Below are positions 18,285 through 25,358 of a stretch of 32,000 nucleotides of DNA, in pieces. The notes under the pieces are model-generated. The model searched no databases. It was not told where the DNA came from and saw only the letters and a list, made by a program, of their open reading frames with translations. The DNA comes from an uncultured Gammaproteobacteria bacterium (GTDB taxonomy: Bacteria > Patescibacteriota > Patescibacteriia > UBA2591 > UBA6264): assembly GCA_964507075.1 (NCBI GenBank), contig CAZDOL010000001.1:43201-75200 (forward strand), written 5' to 3'. Every line of letters starts with the position of its first letter. Positions within the stretch are counted from its first letter, which is position 1. The position numbers and the translations under genes were made by a program.

Positions 18285-18986
18285 TTATTTAATGAATTTG
18301 CGCAAAAGAAGGTTAAAAAAAGTTTTAATACCGGTAGATAAATTTTGGGTCTTACCCAAATCAGGTTTAGAAGAAGAATATTCAGTATAAATTCCCTCAA
18401 TTGGAATTTCTTTTAATCGTAAATGATTATTTTTTATTTCTTTAAAAAATTCAGAAGAAACTTCCATTTCTCTGCTTTGGATATTTATTTTCTCTAAGGC
18501 CAAAGAATTAAGCGCTCTTAAACCTGATTGGCTATCAGTTGTTTTGATTCCGAACAAAAAGAAAGTAAATAGATTGGCGAACCAATTGTAAAACCATCTA
18601 ATGGCTGGAACAGATTCGTCTCTTTGGTTAAAAGATTTCCCTAAAAAGCGTGAGCCGACAACAAAATCAGCCCTGGACTCTTCTATGGGTTTAATTAATA
18701 AAGGAATATCTTCGGCTCTGTGCTGTCCATCAGCATCCATGGTAACTACTATTTCTGGATGGTATCGGCGAGCCGCCATTAATCCTGTAGCTAAAGTAGA
18801 CCCTAATCCTAAATTTATAATATGACGATATGTCTTGGCGCCAGCTTCCATAGCTATTTGGCCCGTTCTGTCCGTCGACCCATCATCAACAACAATTACC
18901 AAAGAACTCTCTCTAAGGGCTGCGCGAACGACCCCAGCAATAACTTTTTCTTCATTGTATGCAGGGATAACAACTATAATTTTCAT
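18285..18986 (-). CDS. Glycosyltransferase family 2 (polyprenol-phosphate sugar synthase-like)
   Basis: VVIPAYNEE, VVDDGSTDRT, MDADGQH and SGLRAL. Confidence 0.85.
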   Translation of the reverse strand: MKIIVVIPAYNEEKVIAGVVRAALRESSLVIVVDDGSTDRTGQIAMEAGAKTYRHIINLGLGSTLATGLMAARRYHPEIVVTMDADGQHRAEDIPLLIKPIEESRADFVVGSRFLGKSFNQRDESVPAIRWFYNWFANLFTFFLFGIKTTDSQSGLRALNSLALEKINIQSREMEVSSEFFKEIKNNHLRLKEIPIEGIYTEYSSSKPDLGKTQNLSTGIKTFFNLLLRKFIK

Positions 18987-18995
18987 TAGAAATTT

Positions 18996-20039
18996 TTATT
19001 CGTCATATTTTTCTACCAAAGGTTGCAAAAGAATACGATTAGCCTTTACGTAATCAATCATCTTTTCTAATCCTGCTTCTAAGGTAATGACAGGAAACCA
19101 TTCTAATTTTTGTTTAATTAAAGATATGTCTGGCAGACCCAAGGGTCTCATGAATGACAAAAATTCTTTGAATTTAATACTTGAAGTTGAGCCTGTTAAA
19201 TCAATAATCCGTTGAGCCAAGTCTGTCAAAAAATATTTACGAGAATCTCCTAAATTAAATGGACCAGATTCCTCTGAAGACATTATCTTGGTTAGCCCTT
19301 GAATAATGTCATCAATATAGCAGAGAGAAGTAGCAAATTTTTCATCTCCGTAAATCACTAAAGGCTTATTATTCAGGGCCTGCAAAACAAAATCAGGAAC
19401 CATCTGACCATCAAACAGCATTTCTCGTGGACCATAAACCCTAAAAATACGAGCTATTTTAGCATCTATATTATATTTTTGACGATAAGTGATTATTGAT
19501 GTCTCACTAATTCTTTTTCCCTCATCATAGCAAGCCCTAGGACCAGTAAAATCAACTTGGCCTAAATCAATTTCTTTAATCAAATTATCTCCGCCTGGAC
19601 CATAAACTACTGACGAAGAAGCAAAAAGCAACCTTGATTGATAAAACTTGGTTAATTCTAGTATATTAATCGTTCCAAAAATATTAGTATGGAGAGTTTG
19701 AATTTGAGAATTATCAAAATTCTTAACAGAGGTAGGGCAAGCTAAATGGTAAATCTCTTGTATCCCGCGCAGTTTAATCTGAAAATCTTTTAATTCAGAG
19801 AATTGAGTCAAGTCTAAAGATTGATTAATGTCATACTTCAGTAAGCGAAAATTCGGCTTTTGTAAAAGATGCTTAATGTTTTCAATGTGGCCACTGTAAA
19901 AATTATCCACACAAATAACATTATCTCCGTCTCTGACCAAATGGTCACAAAGATGAGATCCAATAAAACCAGCTCCGCCCGTAACTAAAACATTCTTTTT
20001 ATCTCCCTGATAAAATTTTTGTTTTTCTTTTGACGACAT
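18996..20039 (-). CDS. NAD-dependent epimerase/dehydratase, UDP-glucuronate decarboxylase-like
   Basis: VLVTGGAGFIGSHL Rossmann motif, VDNFYSGHIENI, FASSSVVYG and catalytic YDEGKR. Confidence 0.8.
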   Translation of the reverse strand: MSSKEKQKFYQGDKKNVLVTGGAGFIGSHLCDHLVRDGDNVICVDNFYSGHIENIKHLLQKPNFRLLKYDINQSLDLTQFSELKDFQIKLRGIQEIYHLACPTSVKNFDNSQIQTLHTNIFGTINILELTKFYQSRLLFASSSVVYGPGGDNLIKEIDLGQVDFTGPRACYDEGKRISETSIITYRQKYNIDAKIARIFRVYGPREMLFDGQMVPDFVLQALNNKPLVIYGDEKFATSLCYIDDIIQGLTKIMSSEESGPFNLGDSRKYFLTDLAQRIIDLTGSTSSIKFKEFLSFMRPLGLPDISLIKQKLEWFPVITLEAGLEKMIDYVKANRILLQPLVEKYDE

Positions 20040-20053
20040 AATAAATAATTAAA

Positions 20054-22192
20054 TTATTTTGTTATAATCCTAGATAAACTAATTTTTCCCTGAGGATTGA
20101 TGTCTGTTATTTTAACTTGAATTTTATCTCCCTCTTTCATAATATCGCTAGGATGATTGATTCTACGATCACTCATTTTAGAAATATGCAATAATCCATC
20201 TTGTCCTGGCACTAATTCTATAAAAGCTCCGAAGTCCACAATTTTCACCACTCGACCCTCAAAAATTTCTCCTGCTTCTAATTCTCGCGTGATGTCTTTA
20301 ACCCATTTAACCGCCCTAGATAATGATTCTTTGTCAGGAGAAGAAATAGACACAGTGCCAGTTTGTTCAATTTCAATCATGGCCCCAGTTTTATTAATAA
20401 TCTCATTGATTATTTTGCCGCCCGGACCAATTACATCCCTAATCTTTTCAGGATTAATTTGAAAGACTATTACTCGCGGAGCGTATTGAGATAATTCCTC
20501 TCTTTCTTTGCTTAAGACACTAATCATTTTATCTAAAATTTGAGAACGCGCTTTTTTAGACGCCTCAAGTGTCTCTTTGATAATTTCGGGCGTTAATCCT
20601 TTTGTTTTTGTGTCTAACTGTATAGCTATGATACCCTCTTTGCTTCCAATAACCTTAAAATCCATTCCGCCAGGCCCATCCTCTAAATCTTGCATATCAG
20701 TTAAAACCTTATAACGCTTAAAACCATTAACGTCTTCTTCTGACGCTAGACCAATGGCTATTCCAGCCACTGGTTTTTTAATTGGGATGCCAGCATCCAT
20801 TGACGCTAAAACTGAAGCACAAAGAGATGCCATAGAGCTAGAACCATTAGAGGAAAGAACCTCTGAGACAATACGAATAGTGTAAGGGAACCCTTCTCTG
20901 TCTGGGATTATTGGCAACATCCCCTTCTCAGCCAAAGCGCCGTGCCCTATTTCTCTACGGCTTGTTGACCTCATTGGCTTGGTTTCGCCAGTGCAAAATG
21001 GAGGAAAATTATAATGATGCATAAATGGTTTGCGGATATTTTCTTCCATTGTGTCCAAATATTGTTCAGAACCTGGTGCTCCTAATGTTACAATAGAAAG
21101 CACTTGAGTTTCACCTCGTGCAAAAAGAGCTGAACCATGAACCCTTGGCAATACTCCGGCACTACAACTTATTGGACGAATTTCGTCAAGTTTACGTCCA
21201 TCAATGCGCTTATCTTTGTCTAAAATTCCTAAACTAACTTGATGGTAAATTAATTCATTAGCATATTCAATCGCTTTTGTACGTTTTTCTTTGCCAATAT
21301 TTTTTTCTAAGAGAATCTCTTCTAATTTTGCTCTTGTTTTCTCAGCAGCACCAATTCTATCTTTTCTGCTTTTCAATAGTTCGGAAAACAAATATTTCGG
21401 CGCCTCTTTATTAACAATATCCTCTGTCATCTTTTTTAGCTCCTCTCTGGTTGGTTTTTCGTCTGATGAAGGTGCTTTGATGATTAGGGGTATTTTTTCT
21501 TTCCCAGCTTTTTTTTCAATCTCTTTTATAAAATCATTGATTTGATCGCATGCCTTAACTCCATACTGAATTGCTTCAGCCATTACTTCATCACTCACAT
21601 CTTTAGCGCCGGCCTCAATCATTAAAACACGACCATTAAGCCCACTAACAAATAAATCTAAATCGCTTTTCTCTCGTTCATCATAACTTGGATTAAGAAT
21701 CCATTGTTCTTTATTTTCTGTATCGCCCAAAGACCTAGATACACGAACTCCTGCTATTGGCCCTTCCCACTCAATGTCAGAAATAGCCAAAGCAATAGAA
21801 CTAGCGCAAAATGCTACAACATCTGGATCATTTTCCTGGTCAACTGAAAGAACAGTTAATACAACTTGCACTGCCCGACGACAATCTTGGTTAAAAAGAG
21901 GTCTAACTGAACGATCAATTAAACGACCAGTTAAGACTGCTTCATCAGCGGGTCTAGTTTCTCTCTTAATAAAACGCGAACCCTTTATTTTGCCCGCAGC
22001 ATAAAACCTTTCCTCATATTCAACAGATAATGGGAAATAATCAACCCCCTCCCTTTGTGAAGACCCTAATACTGCTGTAGCTAACACAGTAGTTTCACCA
22101 TATTGGACAACACAACTACCATTTGCTTGGCCAGCAACTTCCCCAATCTTAACAATCATCTTTTTTCCTCCGATTTCTTTTGTAAATTCCAT
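20054..22192 (-). CDS. pnp: Polyribonucleotide nucleotidyltransferase (PNPase)
   Basis: Two RNase PH domains, KH (IRDVIGPGGKIINEI) and S1 (GRVVKIVDFGAFIEL) domains. Confidence 0.95.
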   Translation of the reverse strand: MEFTKEIGGKKMIVKIGEVAGQANGSCVVQYGETTVLATAVLGSSQREGVDYFPLSVEYEERFYAAGKIKGSRFIKRETRPADEAVLTGRLIDRSVRPLFNQDCRRAVQVVLTVLSVDQENDPDVVAFCASSIALAISDIEWEGPIAGVRVSRSLGDTENKEQWILNPSYDEREKSDLDLFVSGLNGRVLMIEAGAKDVSDEVMAEAIQYGVKACDQINDFIKEIEKKAGKEKIPLIIKAPSSDEKPTREELKKMTEDIVNKEAPKYLFSELLKSRKDRIGAAEKTRAKLEEILLEKNIGKEKRTKAIEYANELIYHQVSLGILDKDKRIDGRKLDEIRPISCSAGVLPRVHGSALFARGETQVLSIVTLGAPGSEQYLDTMEENIRKPFMHHYNFPPFCTGETKPMRSTSRREIGHGALAEKGMLPIIPDREGFPYTIRIVSEVLSSNGSSSMASLCASVLASMDAGIPIKKPVAGIAIGLASEEDVNGFKRYKVLTDMQDLEDGPGGMDFKVIGSKEGIIAIQLDTKTKGLTPEIIKETLEASKKARSQILDKMISVLSKEREELSQYAPRVIVFQINPEKIRDVIGPGGKIINEIINKTGAMIEIEQTGTVSISSPDKESLSRAVKWVKDITRELEAGEIFEGRVVKIVDFGAFIELVPGQDGLLHISKMSDRRINHPSDIMKEGDKIQVKITDINPQGKISLSRIITK

Positions 22193-22307
22193 AATCTTAT
22201 CTTTTTAATGGGGACTGTCCCCTTTTTCCGTGCCCTGCAAACTCGCTTTAGTTCTACATCGTATCCAGATTTTTTGGATTTGGCACGATTTAACTTTTTT
22301 TTATTAT

Positions 22308-22892
22308 TTATTTTTTATTTATTATTTTTTTATTTCTATTCCAGTTATTATTTTGTTTATGTCTTGTTGTAACTTTTTTTCGGATCAAAAAATCGCTCCC
22401 CCTTCCTCCTAAATCCGAAAAATCATCCACTTTTTTTATTAGATTAGAGGAGGTTGTCCTCTTAAAAGACAATAACTCAACTCGGCAACCCTTATTTTCC
22501 TTTAAATATTGAACCAAAGGAATAAAGTCGCCGTCGCCAGTAACTAAAACCACTACATCTAATTTATCAGCTAACTTGATAGCATCCACCGCCAAACCAA
22601 CATCCCAGTCCGCTTTTTTCATTCCTCCAGGAAATATTTGTAAATCCTTAACCTTTAATTCAAAGCCATATTTAGAAATGGTTTCAAAAAATGCCTGTTC
22701 TTCGGAAGTATTAGAACAAATTACATAAGCAATGGCTCTAATGAGTTGCCTATCTCCTACAGCTACGCTCAAAATTTTATCAAAATTTACATTAGCGTTG
22801 TACAAATTTTTGCCAGAATGATACATGTTCTGGACGTCAATAAAAACGCCCACTCTCTGATCTTTATGCTGTTGATCATTACGTTTAGACAT
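22308..22892 (-). CDS. NYN/LabA-like domain protein (PIN-like putative RNase) with Lys/Asn-rich tail
   Basis: VGVFIDVQNMYH, VVLVTGDGDFIPLVQYL and RVELLSF. Confidence 0.75.
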   Translation of the reverse strand: MSKRNDQQHKDQRVGVFIDVQNMYHSGKNLYNANVNFDKILSVAVGDRQLIRAIAYVICSNTSEEQAFFETISKYGFELKVKDLQIFPGGMKKADWDVGLAVDAIKLADKLDVVVLVTGDGDFIPLVQYLKENKGCRVELLSFKRTTSSNLIKKVDDFSDLGGRGSDFLIRKKVTTRHKQNNNWNRNKKIINKK

Positions 22893-22950
22893 ATAATTAA
22901 ATTACTTTAATTTTTATACGATAATATTTAATTTCAAGCTCTGCTTATAA

Positions 22951-23223
22951 TTATTTACGTTTTATTTTTTTAATAATTTTTTCATAACTAACCGCATCAT
23001 TAATTTTTAAATATTTAATAAATTTGCGGCGCTCACTAACTTTTTGAACTAAACTGCGTCTGCAGGAAAAATCATGAATATGTTTTTTCAAATGTTCAGT
23101 CAATTCTTTGATTTCCTTACCCAAAAGACCTATTTGAACCTCTGCAGAACCAGTATCTTGAGGATTTTTTTGAAAATCTTTAATAACTTCTTGTTTTTTT
23201 TCTTTTTTCGCTTTATTTGCCAT
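22951..23223 (-). CDS. rpsO: 30S ribosomal protein S15
   Basis: DTGSAEVQIGLL, LTEHLKKHIHDFSCRRSL and RRKFIKYL. Confidence 0.9.
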   Translation of the reverse strand: MANKAKKEKKQEVIKDFQKNPQDTGSAEVQIGLLGKEIKELTEHLKKHIHDFSCRRSLVQKVSERRKFIKYLKINDAVSYEKIIKKIKRK

Positions 23224-23320
23224 AAATCTTATATTTTACCAACAAATTATATCTCCTTTTATCATATATTATCTTAATATAAATGTCAAACTTTACTCTG
23301 AACAAAAGCGTCGTGAAATC

Positions 23321-23349
23321 TTGACAAAACGCCAAATAATCAATAGAAT
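23321..23349 (+). promoter_or_regulatory. Sigma70-like promoter for the recombinase gene (TTGACA-17-TAGAAT)
   Basis: TTGACA at 23321-23326, a 17-nt spacer, and TAGAAT at 23344-23349. Only 9 nt separate the -10 element from the ATG at 23359, implying a very short or absent leader. Confidence 0.45.
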
Positions 23350-23358
23350 AAAAAAAGT

Positions 23359-24288
23359 ATGCCTACTGAAATAAAAAAATTAATCACTGAATTTTTAGAA
23401 TATTTAGAAATTGAAAAAGGTTGCAGTCCTTTAACTATCAGGAATTATGATTTTTATTTGCAAAGATTTGTTAAACAATCTAAAATAAACTCTCCAAAAG
23501 AAATCACCAAAGAAACTGTTAGACAATTCCGCCTTTGGTTATCGCGTTTAAAAAATTATCATCAGGATAATTTATCTTTAGCAACCCGAAACTATCATTT
23601 GATAGCCATTCGTTGTCTTCTTAAATATCTGGCCATTAAAGATATTCCCTCTTTAGCTCCTGAAAAAATTGAACTAGCCAAAACAGGAGAAAGGCAAATA
23701 TCCTTTTTAGAGGGGGATGATTTAGAAAAATTACTTGACGCTCCCCTTCAAGTGAAACAAAAAGAAATTATTACCTATCGCGACAAAGCTATTCTGGAAC
23801 TGCTTTTTTCAACTGGCTTAAGGGTTTCTGAATTAACCAACCTCAAAAAAGAAAACATAAATCTCAAAAAAGATGAATTCAGCATAAAGGGCAAGGGCCA
23901 AAAATGGCGTCTGGTGTTTCTGTCTAACCAAGCCAAATATTGGTTAAAAAAATATTTAGAAAAAAGAACCGACATTGACCCAGCACTTTTTATACGTTAT
24001 GATAGGGCATCAAAAAATAACCAAAAATCACTAGGTATTACTCCTCGTTCTGTCCAAAGATTGGTTCAAAAATATTCTAAAGTTGCCGGCTTAACTCGCA
24101 AAATCAGTGTTCATACTCTTCGGCATAGCTTTGCCACCGACCTATTGTCTGGTGGAGCCAATTTACGAGCAGTTCAAGAATTGTTAGGACATCGAAATAT
24201 AACTACTACTCAAATTTATACTCATGTCACAAATCAACATTTAAGAGAAATATACCAAAATTTTCACGACCAAAAAAGAAAAAAATAA
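23359..24288 (+). CDS. Tyrosine site-specific recombinase, XerC/XerD family
   Basis: N-terminal SAM-like core-binding domain (FLEYLEIEKGCSPLTIRNY) and catalytic region HTLRHSFATDLL...LLGHRNITTTQIYTHV (R-H-R-Y). Confidence 0.85.
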   Translation: MPTEIKKLITEFLEYLEIEKGCSPLTIRNYDFYLQRFVKQSKINSPKEITKETVRQFRLWLSRLKNYHQDNLSLATRNYHLIAIRCLLKYLAIKDIPSLAPEKIELAKTGERQISFLEGDDLEKLLDAPLQVKQKEIITYRDKAILELLFSTGLRVSELTNLKKENINLKKDEFSIKGKGQKWRLVFLSNQAKYWLKKYLEKRTDIDPALFIRYDRASKNNQKSLGITPRSVQRLVQKYSKVAGLTRKISVHTLRHSFATDLLSGGANLRAVQELLGHRNITTTQIYTHVTNQHLREIYQNFHDQKRKK

Positions 24289-24333
24289 CGCTGAAGATTG
24301 AATAATTTGAAAATTAAAGGATTAAGGGATTTG

Positions 24334-24372
24334 ATGTTCCTATGTTCTCATGTTCAAATGTTCTCATGATTC
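24334..24372. repeat. Five tandem 8-bp units ATGTTCNN (last unit degenerate)
   Basis: ATGTTCCT ATGTTCTC ATGTTCAA ATGTTCTC ATGATTC, read directly. It lies immediately upstream of the duplicated tRNA-Arg 5' segment. Confidence 0.6.
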
Positions 24373-24374
24373 AT

Positions 24375-24387
24375 GCCCCTATAGTTC
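24375..24387 (+). repeat. 13-nt duplicate of tRNA-Arg positions 1-13 (GCCCCTATAGTTC)
   Basis: Exact match to 24491-24503, the 5' acceptor strand plus U8 A9 and the 5' D-stem strand of the intact tRNA-Arg. Confidence 0.8.
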
Positions 24388-24490
24388 CCTCCTTCGCTCA
24401 AATTTGCATTTGAGCTTCGGAAGGGCAAGCATCAACATTAAAAGGTTTGCTCGCCCATCGAAGCTTCGATGTAAATCGAAGCGTAGTTGG

Positions 24491-24565
24491 GCCCCTATAG
24501 TTCAACGGATAGAACGAGAGACTTCTAATCTCTAGATAGAGGTTCGATTCCTCTTGGGGGTACCA
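24491..24565 (+). tRNA. tRNA-Arg (anticodon UCU), CCA encoded
   Basis: Manual cloverleaf. Acceptor GCCCCTA/TGGGGGT (two G-U pairs). D arm GTTC-AACGGATA-GAAC. Anticodon arm AGAGA-CTTCTAA-TCTCT. T arm AGAGG-TTCGATT-CCTCT. Discriminator A followed by CCA. Confidence 0.9.
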
Positions 24566-24571
24566 TTTCAT

Positions 24572-24609
24572 GGCGGCTATAGTTCAATGGTAGAACAGCG
24601 GATTGTGGG
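24572..24609 (+). pseudogene. Truncated tRNA-His: 5' half only, ending in the anticodon loop
   Basis: G-1, acceptor strand GCGGCTA, TA, D arm GTTC-AATGGTA-GAAC, A, anticodon stem strand GCGGA, loop TTGTGGG (GUG). No TCCGC strand, no canonical T arm and no TAGCCGC acceptor strand follow in the next ~800 nt. Confidence 0.7.
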
Positions 24610-24629
24610 TTTATCCACAGCACGATGTT

Positions 24630-24658
24630 TTGACATCTATATAAAATTAGGCTATAAT
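24630..24658 (+). promoter_or_regulatory. Perfect consensus sigma70 promoter (TTGACA-17-TATAAT) driving the HNH gene, probably leaderless
   Basis: TTGACA at 24630-24635, an exactly 17-nt spacer, and TATAAT at 24653-24658. Seven nt (AGTAACC) separate the -10 element from the ATG at 24666, so the expected transcription start is about at the A of the ATG. Confidence 0.6.
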
Positions 24659-24665
24659 AGTAACC

Positions 24666-25142
24666 ATGCCTTATGTTAGATGTAAAATCTGTGATAAAAA
24701 ATTCTACACCAAGCCATCGTACTTAAAACTTGGTTGGGGAAAATATTGCTCAATAAAATGTAAACGCATAGCCCAGTTAAAGGGGAAATTTGTAAAATGT
24801 CATACTTGCGGCAAAAAGACATGGAAAGCTCCCAAAGCATTGAAGCATTCAAAAAGCGGGAATTTCTTTTGTTGTAAATCATGTCAAACCATATGGAGGA
24901 ATCAATATTATTCTGGACCAAAACATCCTAATTGGAAAGGCGGAGAACATAGGCAATATAGAAAAATATTGCTTAAAAATGGCAAAACACCAGTTTGTCA
25001 AATCTGTGGACTAAAAGATAAAAGAGTGCTTATAGCACATCATAAAGATAGAAACCGAAAAAATCAGACCATTGAAAATCTTATATGGTTATGTTTAAAC
25101 TGTCATCACCTAGTGCATCATTACAATAAATCTATCCATTAA
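24666..25142 (+). CDS. HNH endonuclease with two N-terminal zinc-ribbon-like repeats
   Basis: CKICDKKF...CSIKC and CHTCGKKT...CCKSC repeats, then the HNH core CQICG...IAHHKDRNRKNQTIENLIWLCLNCHHLVHH. Confidence 0.85.
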   Translation: MPYVRCKICDKKFYTKPSYLKLGWGKYCSIKCKRIAQLKGKFVKCHTCGKKTWKAPKALKHSKSGNFFCCKSCQTIWRNQYYSGPKHPNWKGGEHRQYRKILLKNGKTPVCQICGLKDKRVLIAHHKDRNRKNQTIENLIWLCLNCHHLVHHYNKSIH

Positions 25143-25153
25143 TAATTATTATG

Positions 25154-25228
25154 GCGACCTTGGTGTAGGAGTAGCACAAAAGCCTGTGGAGCTTTCGGCA
25201 GGGGTGCAAATCCCCTAGGTCGCCCCAT
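25154..25228 (+). tRNA. tRNA-His (anticodon GUG) with encoded G-1 and CCA; atypical T-loop
   Basis: G-1 pairs with C73. Acceptor GCGACCT/AGGTCGC. D arm GTGT-AGGAGTA-GCAC. Anticodon arm AAAGC-CTGTGGA-GCTTT. T arm AGGGG-TGCAAAT-CCCCT has G where the near-universal U55 is expected. Confidence 0.85.
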
Positions 25229-25229
25229 A

Positions 25230-25258
25230 AAAACATCTCTTTTTTAGAGGTGTTTTTG
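25230..25258 (+). terminator. Intrinsic terminator after tRNA-His
   Basis: AAAAACATCTC-TTTTTTA-GAGGTGTTTTT, with a T-run after the stem. Confidence 0.6.
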
Positions 25259-25303
25259 TGTATAAAAAATACTTGCCCATGTCGGACCTAGGCAAGACTA
25301 TTA

Positions 25304-25336
25304 AAAAAGTTTGGACACCGAGTGTCCAAACTTTTT
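25304..25336. repeat. REP-like hairpin copy A2 (identical to 2767-2797); likely bidirectional terminator
   Basis: AAAAAGTTTGGACAC-CGA-GTGTCCAAACTTTTT lies between the convergent tRNA-His cluster and the stop of the 25359 gene. Confidence 0.8.
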
Positions 25337-25358
25337 AATTCCCAAACTCTTAATTTTA

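Noticed and set aside
24334-24372. Possible CRISPR-like or iteron array (ATGTTCNN x5)
   Set aside because: The units are 8 bp with no spacers, far too short for CRISPR, and no cas genes are present. It is kept only as an unexplained tandem repeat.
24350-24535. 61-aa ORF across the tRNA-Arg region
   Set aside because: It overlaps the tRNA-Arg gene and the structured spacer. It has no motif or initiation signal. It is most likely spurious.
24611-24619. Perfect DnaA-box 9-mer TTATCCACA at the tRNA-His breakpoint (a second copy at 19903-19911 lies inside the epimerase gene)
   Set aside because: These are isolated single boxes with no cluster, no AT-rich unwinding element pattern and no dnaA or dnaN nearby. 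One or two chance matches are plausible in 64 kb of two-strand AT-rich sequence. This is not evidence for an origin.
24572-25228. Group I intron (with HNH ORF) interrupting tRNA-His in the anticodon loop
   Set aside because: Only about 56 nt lie before the ORF and about 11 nt after it, too little for a group I catalytic core. No matching 3' exon (TCCGC ... TAGCCGC-C) follows. The downstream tRNA-His is complete on its own, and its acceptor stem does not pair with the orphan 5' half.
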